From Auanema rhodensis (taxonomy: Eukaryota; Animalia; Nematoda): DNA of 64,000 nucleotides. A program made the position numbers and the translations under genes. Where the stretch lies: positions 21,576,001 through 21,640,000 of the forward strand of contig OZ059894.1 of assembly GCA_964057225.1 (NCBI GenBank). The letters are read 5' to 3'. Numbering within the stretch: the stretch's first letter is position 1; each line of letters opens with the position of its first letter. Under the pieces are notes generated by a model. The model was not told the DNA's origin, ran no database searches, and saw only the letters and a program-made list of their open reading frames with translations. Below, in pieces: positions 25,201 to 39,346 of this stretch.

Positions 25201-28200
25201 ACTAATGCATCATTTTTCAAACGATCATAACTAATTTTTGTATTAAGCGTTTCTTAATGTAGTATAGTGCATTCGATGCGGTTTTTCAAGCTGCGTCGAT
25301 CTGTGTTATCAGATTTGCGCTAGCTTAAAAATGCACCGAGATATCAACTGATATAAGTTCACACTTATATCCTCGATTTTCACCCTGAAGAATTAATTTT
25401 TTCGTTGAATAACATTGTCTATCGTCTTTGCCTTGAAAAATGGAATCTAAAAACATCTACTTTTTGCTAAATTATTTTGAAATTTTTCGAAAAAATTTTT
25501 GTCAAAATGTTTTTGGAAGCAATGTTGAGTGTACATGGAAACTCAACATACACTAATGCATCATTTTTCAAACGATCATAACTAATTTTTGTATTAAGCG
25601 TTTCTTAATGTAGCATAGTGCATTCGATGCGGTTTTTCAAGCTGCGTCGATCTGTGTTATCAGATTTGCGCTAGCTTAAAAATGCACCGAGATATCAACT
25701 GATATAAGTTCACACTTATATCCTCGATTTTCACCCTGAAGAATTAATTTTTTCGTTGAATAACCTTGTCTATCGTCTTTGCCTTGAAAAATGGAATCTA
25801 AAAACATCTACTTTTTGCTAAATTATTTTGAAATTTTTCGAAAAAATTTTTGTCAAAATGTTTTTGGAAGCAATGTTGAGTGTACATGGAAACTCAACAC
25901 ACACTAATGCATCATTTTTCAAACGATCATAACTAATTTTTGTATTAAGCGTTTCTCAATGTTGTATAGTGCATTCGATGCGGATTTTTAAGCTGCGTCG
26001 ATCTGTGTTATCAGATTTGCGCTAGCTTAAAAATGCACCGAGATATCAACTGATATAAGTTCACACTTATATCCTCGATTTTCACCCTGAAGAATTAATT
26101 TTTTCGTTGAATAACATTGTCTATCGTCTTTGCCTTGAAAAATGGAATCTAAAAACATCTACTTTTTGCTAAATTATTTTGAAATTTTTCGAAAAAATTT
26201 TTGTCAAAATGTTTTTGGAAGCAATGTTGAGTGTACATGGAAACTCAACATACACTAATGCATCATTTTTCAAACGATCATAACTAATTTTTGTATTAAG
26301 CGTTTCTTAATGTAGTATAGTGCATTCGATGCGGTTTTTCAAGCTGCGTCGATCTGTGTTATCAGATTTGCGCTAGCTTAAAAATGCACCGAGATATCAA
26401 CTGATATAAGTTCACACTTATATCCTCGATTTTCACCCTGAAGAATTAATTTTTTCGTTGAATAACATTGTCTATCGTCTTTGCCTTGAAAAATGGAATC
26501 TAAAAACATCTACTTTTTGCTAAATTATTTTGAAATTTTTCGAAAAAATTTTTGTCAAAATGTTTTTGGAAGCAATGTTGAGTGTACATGGAAACTCAAC
26601 ACACACTAATGCATCATTTTTCAAACGATCATAACTAATTTTTGTATTAAGCGTTTCTCAATGTTGTATAGTGCATTCGATGCGGATTTTTAAGCTGCGT
26701 CGATCTGTGTTATCAGATTTGCGCTAGCTTAAAAATGCACCGAGATATCAACTGATATAAGTTCACACTTATATCCTCGATTTTCACCCTGAAGAATTAA
26801 TTTTTTCGTTGAATAACATTGTCTATCGTCTTTGCCTTGAAAAATGGAATCTAAAAACATCTACTTTTTGCTAAATTATTTTGAAATTTTTCGAAAAAAT
26901 TTTTGTCAAAATGTTTTTGGAAGCAATGTTGAGTGTACATGGAAACTCAACATACACTAATGCATCATTTTTCAAACGATCATAACTAATTTTTGTATTA
27001 AGCGTTTCTTAATGTAGTATAGTGCATTCGATGCGGTTTTTCAAGCTGCGTCGATCTGTGTTATCAGATTTGCGCTAGCTTAAAAATGCACCGAGATATC
27101 AACTGATATAAGTTCACACTTATATCCTCGATTTTCACCCTGAAGAATTAATTTTTTCGTTGAATAACATTGTCTATCGTCTTTGCCTTGAAAAATGGAA
27201 TCTAAAAACATCTACTTTTTGCTAAATTATTTTGAAATTTTTCGAAAAAATTTTTGTCAAAATGTTTTTGGAAGCAATGTTGAGTGTACATGGAAACTCA
27301 ACATACACTAATGCATCATTTTTCAAACGATCATAACTAATTTTTGTATCAAGCGTTTCTTGATGTAGTATAGTGCATTCGATGCGGATTTTTAAGCTGC
27401 GTCGATCTGTGTTATCAGATTTGCGCTAGCTTAAAAATGCACCGAGATATCAACTGATATAAGTTCACACTTATATCCTCGATTTTCACCCTGAAGAATT
27501 AATTTTTTCGTTGAATAACATTGTCTATCGTCTTTGCCTTGAAAAATGGAATCTAAAAACATCTACTTTTTGCTAAATTATTTTGAAATTTTTCGAAAAA
27601 ATTTTTGTCAAAATGTTTTTTGAAGCAATGTTGAGTGTACATGGAAACTCAACATACACTAATGCATCATTTTTCAAACGAACATAACTAATTTTTGTAT
27701 CAAGCGTTTCTCAATGTAGTATAGTGCATTCGATGCGGATTTTTAAGCTGCGTCGATCTGTGTTATCAAATTTGCGCTAGCTTAAAAATGCACCGAGATA
27801 TCAACTGATATAAGTTCACACTTATATCCTCGATTTTCACCCTGAAGAATTAATTTTTTCGTTGAATAACATTGTCCATCGTCTTTGCCTTAAAAAAAGG
27901 AATCTAAAAACATCTACTTTTTGCTAAATTATTTTGAAATTTTTCGAAAAAATTTTTGTCAAAATGTTTTTTGAAGCAATGTTGAGTGTACATGGAAACT
28001 CAACATACACTAATGCATCATTTTTCAAACGAACATAACTAATTTTTGTATCAAGCGTTTCTCAATGTAGTATAGTGCATTCGATGCGGATTTTTAAGCT
28101 GCGTCGATCTGTGTTATCAAATTTGCGCTAGCTTAAAAATGCACCGAGATATCAACTGATATAAGTTCACACTTATATCCTCGATTTTCACCCTGAAGAA

Positions 28201-31200
28201 TTAATTTTTTCGTTGAATAACCTTGTCTATCGTCTTTGCCTTGAAAAATGGAATCTAAAAACATCTACTTTTTGCTAAATTATTTTGAAATTTTTCGAAA
28301 AAATTTTTGTCAAAATGTTTTTGGAAGCAATGTTGAGTGTACATGGAAACTCAACACACACTAATGCATCATTTTTCAAACGATCATAACTAATTTTTGT
28401 ATTAAGCGTTTCTCAATGTTGTATAGTGCATTCGATGCGGATTTTTAAGCTGCGTCGATCTGTGTTATCAGATTTGCGCTAGCTTAAAAATGCACCGAGA
28501 TATCAACTGATATAAGTTCACACTTATATCCTCGATTTTCACCCTGAAGAATTAATTTTTTCGTTGAATAACATTGTCTATCGTCTTTGCCTTGAAAAAT
28601 GGAATCTAAAAACATCTACTTTTTGCTAAATTATTTTGAAATTTTTCGAAAAAATTTTTGTCAAAATGTTTTTGGAAGCAATGTTGAGTGTACATGGAAA
28701 CTCAACATACACTAATGCATCATTTTTCAAACGATCATAACTAATTTTTGTATCAAGCGTTTCTTGATGTAGTATAGTGCATTCGATGCGGATTTTTAAG
28801 CTGCGTCGATCTGTGTTATCAGATTTGCGCTAGCTTAAAAATGCACCGAGATATCAACTGATATAAGTTCACACTTATATCCTCGATTTTCACCCTGAAG
28901 AATTAATTTTTTCGTTGAATAACATTGTCCATCGTCTTTGCCTTAAAAAAAGGAATCTAAAAACATCTACTTTTTGCTAAATTATTTTGAAATTTTTCGA
29001 AAAAATTTTTGTCAAAATGTTTTTTGAAGCAATGTTGAGTGTACATGGAAACTCAACATACACTAATGCATCATTTTTCAAACGAACATAACTAATTTTT
29101 GTATCAAGCGTTTCTCAATGTAGTATAGTGCATTCGATGCGGATTTTTAAGCTGCGTCGATCTGTGTTATCAAATTTGCGCTAGCTTAAAAATGCACCGA
29201 GATATCAACTGATATAAGTTCACACTTATATCCTCGATTTTCACCCTGAAGAATTAATTTTTTCGTTGAATAACATTGTCCATCGTCTTTGCCTTAAAAA
29301 CAGGAATCTAAAAACATCTACTTTTTGCTAAATTATTATGAAATTTTTCGAAAAAATTTTTGTCAAAATGTTTTTGGAAGCAATGTTGAGTGTACATGGA
29401 AACTCAACATACACTAATGCATCATTTTTCAAACGATCATAACTAATTTTTGTTTTAAGCGTTTCTCAATGTAGTATAGTGCATTCGATGCGGATTTTTA
29501 AGCTGCGTCGATCTGTGTTATCAGATTTGCGCTAGCTTAAAAATGCACCGAGATATCAACTGATATAAGTTCACACTTATATCCTCGATTTTCACCCTGA
29601 AGAATTAATTTTTTCGTTGAATAACATTGTCCATCGTCTTTGCCTTAAAAAAAGGAATCTAAAAACATCTACTTTTTGCTAAATTATTTTGAAATTTTTC
29701 GAAAAAATTTTTGTCAAAATGTTTTTGGAAGCAATGTTGAGTGTACATGGAAACTCAACATACACTAATGCATCATTTTTCAAACGATCATAACTAATTT
29801 TTGTATCAAGCGTTTCTTGATGTAATATAGTGCATTCGATGCGGATTTTTAAGCTGCGTCGATCTGTGTTATCAGATTTGCGCTAGCTTAAAAATGCACC
29901 GAGATATCAACTGATATAAGTTCACACTTATATCCTCGATTTTCACCCTGAAGAATTAATTTTTTCGTTGAATAACATTGTCCATCGTCTTTGCCTTAAA
30001 AAAAGGAATCTAAAAACATCTACTTTTTGCTAAATTATTTTGAAATTTTTCGAAAAAATTTTTGTCAAAATGTTTTTTGAAGCAATGTTGAGTGTACATG
30101 GAAACTCAACATACACTAATGCATCATTTTTCAAACGAACATAACTAATTTTTGTATCAAGCGTTTCTCAATGTAGTATAGTGCATTCGATGCGGATTTT
30201 TAAGCTGCGTCGATCTGTGTTATCAAATTTGCGCTAGCTTAAAAATGCACCGAGATATCAACTGATATAAGTTCACACTTATATCCTCGATTTTCACCCT
30301 GAAGAATTAATTTTTTCGTTGAATAACATTGTCCATCGTCTTTGCCTTAAAAACAGGAATCTAAAAACATCTACTTTTTGCTAAATTATTATGAAATTTT
30401 TCGAAAAAATTTTTGTCAAAATGTTTTTGGAAGCAATGTTGAGTGTACATGGAAACTCAACACACACTAATGCATCATTTTTCAAACGATCATAACTAAT
30501 TTTTGTATTAAGCGTTTCTCAATGTTGTATAGTGCATTCGATGCGGATTTTTAAGCTGCGTCGATCTGTGTTATCAGATTTGCGCTAGCTTAAAAATGCA
30601 CCGAGATATCAACTGATATAAGTTCACACTTATATCCTCGATTTTCACCCTGAAGAATTAATTTTTTCGTTGAATAACATTGTCCATCGTCTTTGCCTTA
30701 AAAACAGGAATCTAAAAACATCTACTTTTTGCTAAAATATTTTGAAATTTTTCGAAAAAATTTTTGTCAAAATGTTTTTGGAAGCAATGTTGAGTGTACA
30801 TGGAAACTCAACATACACTAATGCATCATTTTTCAAACGATCATAACTAATTTTTGTATCAAGCGTTTCTTGATGTAGTATAGTGCATTCGATGCGGATT
30901 TTTAAGCTGCGTCGATCTGTGTTATCAGATTTGCGCTAGCTTAAAAATGCACCGAGATATCAACTGATATAAGTTCACACTTATATCCTCGATTTTCACC
31001 CTGAAGAATTAATTTTTTCGTTGAATAACATTGTCCATCGTCTTTGCCTTAAAAAAAGGAATCTAAAAACATCTACTTTTTGCTAAATTATTTTGAAATT
31101 TTTCGAAAAAATTTTTGTCAAAATGTTTTTTGAAGCAATGTTGAGTGTACATGGAAACTCAACATACACTAATGCATCATTTTTCAAACGATCATAACTA

Positions 31201-34200
31201 ATTTTTGTATTAAGCGTTTCTCAATGTTGTATAGTGCATTCGATGCGGATTTTTAAGCTGCGTCGATCTGTGTTATCAGATTTGCGCTAGCTTAAAAATG
31301 CACCGAGATATCAACTGATATAAGTTCACACTTATATCCTCGATTTTCACCCTGAAGAATTAATTTTTTCGTTGAATAACATTGTCCATCGTCTTTGCCT
31401 TAAAAACAGGAATCTAAAAACATCTACTTTTTGCTAAAATATTTTGAAATTTTTCGAAAAAATTTTTGTCAAAATGTTTTTGGAAGCAATGTTGAGTGTA
31501 CATGGAAACTCAACATACACTAATGCATCATTTTTCAAACGATCATAACTAATTTTTGTATCAAGCGTTTCTTGATGTAGTATAGTGCATTCGATGCGGT
31601 TTTTCAAGCTGCGTCGATCTGTGTTATCAGATTTGCGCTAGCTTAAAAATGCACCGAGATATCAACTGATATAAGTTCACACTTATATCCTCGATTTTCA
31701 CCCTGAAGAATTAATTTTTTCGTTGAATAACATTGTCTATCGTCTTTGCCTTGAAAAATGGAATCTAAAAACATCTACTTTTTGCTAAATTATTTTGAAA
31801 TTTTTCGAAAAAATTTTTGTCAAAATGTTTTTTGAAGCAATGTTGAGTGTACATGGAAACTCAACATACACTAATGCATCATTTTTCAAACGAACATAAC
31901 TAATTTTTGTATCAAGCGTTTCTCAATGTAGTATAGTGCATTCGATGCGGATTTTTAAGCTGCGTCGATCTGTGTTATCAGATTTGCGCTAGCTTAAAAA
32001 TGCACCGAGATATCAACTGATATAAGTTCACACTTATATCCTCGATTTTCACCCTGAAGAATCAATTTTTTCGTTGAATAACATTGTCCATCGTCTTTGC
32101 CTCAAAAAAAGGAATCTAAAAACATCTACTTTTTGCTAAATTATTTTGAAATTTTTCGAAAAAATTTTTGTCAAAATGTTTTTTGAAGCAATGTTGAGTG
32201 TACATGGAAACTCAACACACACTAATGCATCATTTTTCAAACGATCATAACTAATTTTTGTATTAAGCGTTTCTCAATGTTGTATAGTGCATTCGATGCG
32301 GATTTTTAAGCTGCGTCGATCTGTGTTATCAGATTTGCGCTAGCTTAAAAATGCACCGAGATATCAACTGATATAAGTTCACACTTATATCCTCGATTTT
32401 CACCCTGAAGAATTAATTTTTTCGTTGAATAACATTGTCCATCGTCTTTGCCTTAAAAACAGGAATCTAAAAACATCTACTTTTTGCTAAAATATTTTGA
32501 AATTTTTCGAAAAAATTTTTGTCAAAATGTTTTTGGAAGCAATGTTGAGTGTACATGGAAACTCAACATACACTAATGCATCATTTTTCAAACGATCATA
32601 ACTAATTTTTGTATCAAGCGTTTCTTGATGTAGTATAGTGCATTCGATGCGGATTTTTAAGCTGCGTCGATCTGTGTTATCAGATTTGCGCTAGCTTAAA
32701 AATGCACCGAGATATCAACTGATATAAGTTCACACTTATATCCTCGATTTTCACCCTGAAGAATTAATTTTTTCGTTGAATAACATTGTCCATCGTCTTT
32801 GCCTTAAAAACAGGAATCTAAAAACATCTACTTTTTGCTAAAATATTTTGAAATTTTTCGAAAAAATTTTTGTCAAAATGTTTTTGGAAGCAATGTTGAG
32901 TGTACATGGAAACTCAACATACACTAATGCATCATTTTTCAAACGATCATAACTAATTTTTGTATCAAGCGTTTCTTGATGTAGTATAGTGCATTCGATG
33001 CGGATTTTTAAGCTGCGTCGATCTGTGTTATCAGATTTGCGCTAGCTTAAAAATGCACCGAGATATCAACTGATATAAGTTCACACTTATATCCTCGATT
33101 TTCACCCTGAAGAATTAATTTTTTCGTTGAATAACATTGTCTATCGTCTTTGCCTTGAAAAATGGAATCTAAAAACATCTACTTTTTGCTAAATTATTTT
33201 GAAATTTTTCGAAAAAATTTTTGTCAAAATGTTTTTTGAAGCAATGTTGAGTGTACATGGAAACTCAACATACACTAATGCATCATTTTTCAAACGAACA
33301 TAACTAATTTTTGTATCAAGCGTTTCTCAATGTAGTATAGTGCATTCGATGCGGATTTTTAAGCTGCGTCGATCTGTGTTATCAAATTTGCGCTAGCTTC
33401 AAAATGCACCGAGATATCAACTGATATAAGTTCACACTTATATCCTCGATTTTCACCCTGAAGAATTAATTTTTTCGTTGAATAACATTGTCCATCGTCT
33501 TTGCCTTAAAAACAGGAATCTAAAAACATCTACTTTTTGCTAAATTATTATGAAATTTTTCGAAAAAATTTTTGTCAAAATGTTTTTTGAAGCAATGTTG
33601 AGTGTACATGGAAACTCAACATACACTAATGCATCATTTTTCAAACGATCATAACTAATTTTTGTATTAAGCGTTTCTCAATGTAGTATAGTGCATTCGA
33701 TGCGGATTTTTAAGCTGCGTCGATCTGTGTTATCAGATTTGCGCTAGCTTCAAAATGCACCGAGATATCAACTGATATAAGTTCACACTTATATCCTCGA
33801 TTTTCACCCTGAAGAATTAATTTTTTCGTTGAATAACATTGTCCATCGTCTTTGCCTTAAAAACAGGAATCTAAAAACATCTACTTTTTGCTAAATTATT
33901 ATGAAATTTTTCGAAAAAATTTTTGTCAAAATGTTTTTGGAAGCAATGTTGAGTGTACATGGAAACTCAACATACACTAATGCATCATTTTTCAAACGAT
34001 CATAACTAATTTTTGTATTAAGCGTTTCTCAATGTAGTATAGTGCATTCGATGCGGATTTTTAAGCTGCGTCGATCTGTGTTATCAGATTTGCGCTAGCT
34101 TAAAAATGCACCGAGATATCAACTGATATAAGTTCACACTTATATCCTCGATTTTCACCCTGAAGAATCAATTTTTTCGTTGAATAACATTGTCCATCGT

Positions 34201-37200
34201 CTTTGCCTCAAAAAAAGGAATCTAAAAACATCTACTTTTTGCTAAATTATTTTGAAATTTTTCGAAAAAATTTTTGTCAAAATGTTTTTGGAAGCAATGT
34301 TGAGTGTACATGGAAACTCAACATACACTAATGCATCATTTTTCAAACGATCATAACTAATTTTTGTATCAAGCGTTTCTTGATGTAGTATAGTGCATTC
34401 GATGCGGATTTTTAAGCTGCGTCGATCTGTGCTATCAGATTTGCGCTAGCTTCAAAATGCACCGAGATATCAACTGATATAAGTTCACACTTATATCCTC
34501 GATTTTCACCCTGAAGAATTAATTTTTTCGTTGAATAACATTGTCCATCGTCTTTGCCTTAAAAACAGGAATCTAAAAACATCTACTTTTTGCTAAATTA
34601 TTATGAAATTTTTCGAAAAAATTTTTGTCAAAATGTTTTTGGAAGCAATGTTGAGTGTACATGGAAACTCAACATACACTAATGCATCATTTTTCAAACG
34701 AACATAACTAATTTTTGTATTAAGCGTTTCTCAATGTAGTATAGTGCATTCGATGCGGATTTTTAAGCTGCGTCGATCTGTGTTATCAGATTTGCGCTAG
34801 CTTAAAAATGCACCGAGATATCAACTGATATAAGTTCACACTTATATCCTCGATTTTCACCCTGAAGAATCAATTTTTTCGTTGAATAACATTGTCCATC
34901 GTCTTTGCCTCAAAAAAAGGAATCTAAAAACATCTACTTTTTGCTAAATTATTATGAAATTTTTCGAAAAAATTTTTGTCAAAATGTTTTTGGAAGCAAT
35001 GTTGAGTGTACATGGAAACTCAACATACACTAATGCATCATTTTTCAAACGAACATAACTAATTTTTGTATTAAGCGTTTCTCAATGTAGTATAGTGCAT
35101 TCGATGCGGATTTTTAAGCTGCGTCGATCTGTGTTATCAGATTTGCGCTAGCTTAAAAATGCACCGAGATATCAACTGATATAAGTTCACACTTATATCC
35201 TCGATTTTCACCCTGAAGAATCAATTTTTTCGTTGAATAACATTGTCCATCGTCTTTGCCTCAAAAAAAGGAATCTAAAAACATCTACTTTTTGCTAAAT
35301 TATTTTGAAATTTTTCGAAAAAATTTTTGTCAAAATGTTTTTGGAAGCAATGTTGAGTGTACATGGAAACTCAACATACACTAATGCATCATTTTTCAAA
35401 CGATCATAACTAATTTTTGTATCAAGCGTTTCTTGATGTAGTATAGTGCATTCGATGCGGATTTTTAAGCTGCGTCGATCTGTGTTATCAGATTTGCGCT
35501 AGCTTCAAAATGCACCGAGATATCAACTGATATAAGTTCACACTTATATCCTCGATTTTCACCCTGAAGAATTAATTTTTTCGTTGAATAACATTGTCCA
35601 TCGTCTTTGCCTTAAAAACAGGAATCTAAAAACATCTACTTTTTGCTAAATTATTATGAAATTTTTCGAAAAAATTTTTGTCAAAATGTTTTTGGAAGCA
35701 ATGTTGAGTGTACATGGAAACTCAACATACACTAATGCATCATTTTTCAAACGATCATAACTAATTTTTGTATTAAGCGTTTCTCAATGTAGTATAGTGC
35801 ATTCGATGCGGATTTTTAAGCTGCGTCGATCTGTGTTATCAGATTTGCGCTAGCTTAAAAATGCACCGAGATATCAACTGATATAAGTTCACACTTATAT
35901 CCTCGATTTTCACCCTGAAGAATCAATTTTTTCGTTGAATAACATTGTCCATCGTCTTTGCCTCAAAAAAAGGAATCTAAAAACATCTACTTTTTGCTAA
36001 ATTATTTTGAAATTTTTCGAAAAAATTTTTGTCAAAATGTTTTTGGAAGCAATGTTGAGTGTACATGGAAACTCAACATACACTAATGCATCATTTTTCA
36101 AACGATCATAACTAATTTTTGTATCAAGCGTTTCTTGATGTAGTATAGTGCATTCGATGCGGATTTTTAAGCTGCGTCGATCTGTGTTATCAGATTTGCG
36201 CTAGCTTAAAAATGCACCGAGATATCAACTGATATAAGTTCACACTTATATCCTCGATTTTCACCCTGAAGAATTAATTTTTTCGTTGAATAACATTGTC
36301 TATCGTCTTTGCCTTGAAAAATGGAATCTAAAAACATCTACTTTTTGCTAAATTATTTTGAAATTTTTCGAAAAAATTTTTGTCAAAATGTTTTTTGAAG
36401 CAATGTTGAGTGTACATGGAAACTCAACATACACTAATGCATCATTTTTCAAACGAACATAACTAATTTTTGTATCAAGCGTTTCTCAATGTAGTATAGT
36501 GCATTCGATGCGGATTTTTAAGCTGCGTCGATCTGTGTTATCAAATTTGCGCTAGCTTCAAAATGCACCGAGATATCAACTGATATAAGTTCACACTTAT
36601 ATCCTCGATTTTCACCCTGAAGAATTAATTTTTTCGTTGAATAACATTGTCCATCGTCTTTGCCTTAAAAACAGGAATCTAAAAACATCTACTTTTTGCT
36701 AAATTATTATGAAATTTTTCGAAAAAATTTTTGTCAAAATGTTTTTTGAAGCAATGTTGAGTGTACATGGAAACTCAACATACACTAATGCATCATTTTT
36801 CAAACGATCATAACTAATTTTTGTATTAAGCGTTTCTCAATGTAGTATAGTGCATTCGATGCGGATTTTTAAGCTGCGTCGATCTGTGTTATCAGATTTG
36901 CGCTAGCTTCAAAATGCACCGAGATATCAACTGATATAAGTTCACACTTATATCCTCGATTTTCACCCTGAAGAATTAATTTTTTCGTTGAATAACATTG
37001 TCCATCGTCTTTGCCTTAAAAACAGGAATCTAAAAACATCTACTTTTTGCTAAATTATTATGAAATTTTTCGAAAAAATTTTTGTCAAAATGTTTTTGGA
37101 AGCAATGTTGAGTGTACATGGAAACTCAACATACACTAATGCATCATTTTTCAAACGATCATAACTAATTTTTGTATTAAGCGTTTCTCAATGTAGTATA

Positions 37201-39346
37201 GTGCATTCGATGCGGATTTTTAAGCTGCGTCGATCTGTGTTATCAGATTTGCGCTAGCTTAAAAATGCACCGAGATATCAACTGATATAAGTTCACACTT
37301 ATATCCTCGATTTTCACCCTGAAGAATCAATTTTTTCGTTGAATAACATTGTCCATCGTCTTTGCCTCAAAAAAAGGAATCTAAAAACATCTACTTTTTG
37401 CTAAATTATTTTGAAATTTTTCGAAAAAATTTTTGTCAAAATGTTTTTTGAAGCAATGTTGAGTGTACATGGAAACTCAACATACACTAATGCATCATTT
37501 TTCAAACGAACATAACTAATTTTTGTATCAAGCGTTTCTTGATGTAGTATAGTGCATTCGATGCGGATTTTTAAGCTGCGTCGATCTGTGTTATCAGATT
37601 TGCGCTAGCTTAAAAATGCACCGAGATATCAACTGATATAAGTTCACACTTATATCCTCGATTTTCACCCTGAAGAATTAATTTTTTCGTTGAATAACAT
37701 TGTCCATCGTCTTTGCCTTAAAAACAGGAATCTAAAAACATCTACTTTTTGCTAAAATATTTTGAAATTTTTCGAAAAAATTTTTGTCAAAATGTTTTTG
37801 GAAGCAATGTTGAGTGTACATGGAAACTCAACATACACTAATGCATCATTTTTCAAACGATCATAACTAATTTTTGTATCAAGCGTTTCTTGATGTAGTA
37901 TAGTGCATTCGATGCGGATTTTTAAGCTGCGTCGATCTGTGTTATCAGATTTGCGCTAGCTTAAAAATGCACCGAGATATCAACTGATATAAGTTCACAC
38001 TTATATCCTCGATTTTCACCCTGAAGAATTAATTTTTTCGTTGAATAACATTGTCTATCGTCTTTGCCTTGAAAAATGGAATCTAAAAACATCTACTTTT
38101 TGCTAAATTATTTTGAAATTTTTCGAAAAAATTTTTGTCAAAATGTTTTTTGAAGCAATGTTGAGTGTACATGGAAACTCAACATACACTAATGCATCAT
38201 TTTTCAAACGAACATAACTAATTTTTGTATCAAGCGTTTCTCAATGTAGTATAGTGCATTCGATGCGGATTTTTAAGCTGCGTCGATCTGTGTTATCAAA
38301 TTTGCGCTAGCTTCAAAATGCACCGAGATATCAACTGATATAAGTTCACACTTATATCCTCGATTTTCACCCTGAAGAATTAATTTTTTCGTTGAATAAC
38401 ATTGTCCATCGTCTTTGCCTTAAAAACAGGAATCTAAAAACATCTACTTTTTGCTAAATTATTATGAAATTTTTCGAAAAAATTTTTGTCAAAATGTTTT
38501 TGGAAGCAATGTTGAGTGTACATGGAAACTCAACATACACTAATGCATCATTTTTCAAACGATCATAACTAATTTTTGTATTAAGCGTTTCTGAATGTAG
38601 TATAGTGCATTCGATGCGGATTTTTAAGCTGCGTCGATCTGTGTTATCAGATTTGCGCTAGCTTAAAAATGCACCGAGATATCAACTGATATAAGTTCAC
38701 ACTTATATCCTCGATTTTCACCCTGAAGAATCAATTTTTTCGTTGAATAACATTGTCCATCGTCTTTGCCTCAAAAAAAGGAATCTAAAAACATCTACTT
38801 TTTGCTAAATTATTTTGAAATTTTTCGAAAAAATTTTTGTCAAAATGTTTTTTGAAGCAATGTTGAGTGTACATGGAAACTCAACATACACTAATGCATC
38901 ATTTTTCAAACGAACATAACTAATTTTTGTATCAAGCGTTTCTCAATGTAGTATAGTGCATTCGATGCGGATTTTTAAGCTGCGTCGATCTGTGTTATCA
39001 AATTTGCGCTAGCTTAAAAATGCACCGAGATATCAACTGATATAAGTTCACACTTATATCCTCGATTTTCACCCTGAAGAATTAATTTTTTCGTTGAATA
39101 ACATTGTCCATCGTCTTTGCCTTAAAAACAGGAATCTAAAAACATCTACTTTTTGCTAAATTATTATGAAATTTTTCGAAAAAATTTTTGTCAAAATGTT
39201 TTTGGAAGCAATGTTGAGTGTACATGGAAACTCAACATACACTAATGCATCATTTTTCAAACGATCATAACTAATTTTTGTATTAAGCGTTTCTCAATGT
39301 AGTATAGTGCATTCGATGCGGATTTTTAAGCTGCGTCGATCTGTGT
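22177..39346 (+). repeat. Satellite variant domain B
   Basis: Variants GTCTATC, GAAAAATGGAA, TTTTTTGAAGC, ACGAACATA, TATCAAATT, CGGTTTTTCAAG, TTATTATGA, GCTTCAAAA, CCTCAAAA. The GCTGAATT allele is absent, matching the ORF-track gap between 21675 and 39420. Confidence 0.85.
23201..27061 (+). repeat. Imperfect 2-mer (702 bp) higher-order repeat
   Basis: Monomer X (AACCTTG, AACACAC, ATGTTGTA) alternates with monomer Y (TTCTTAATG, CGGTTTTTCAAG), with one extra Y at 25307. Confidence 0.8.
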
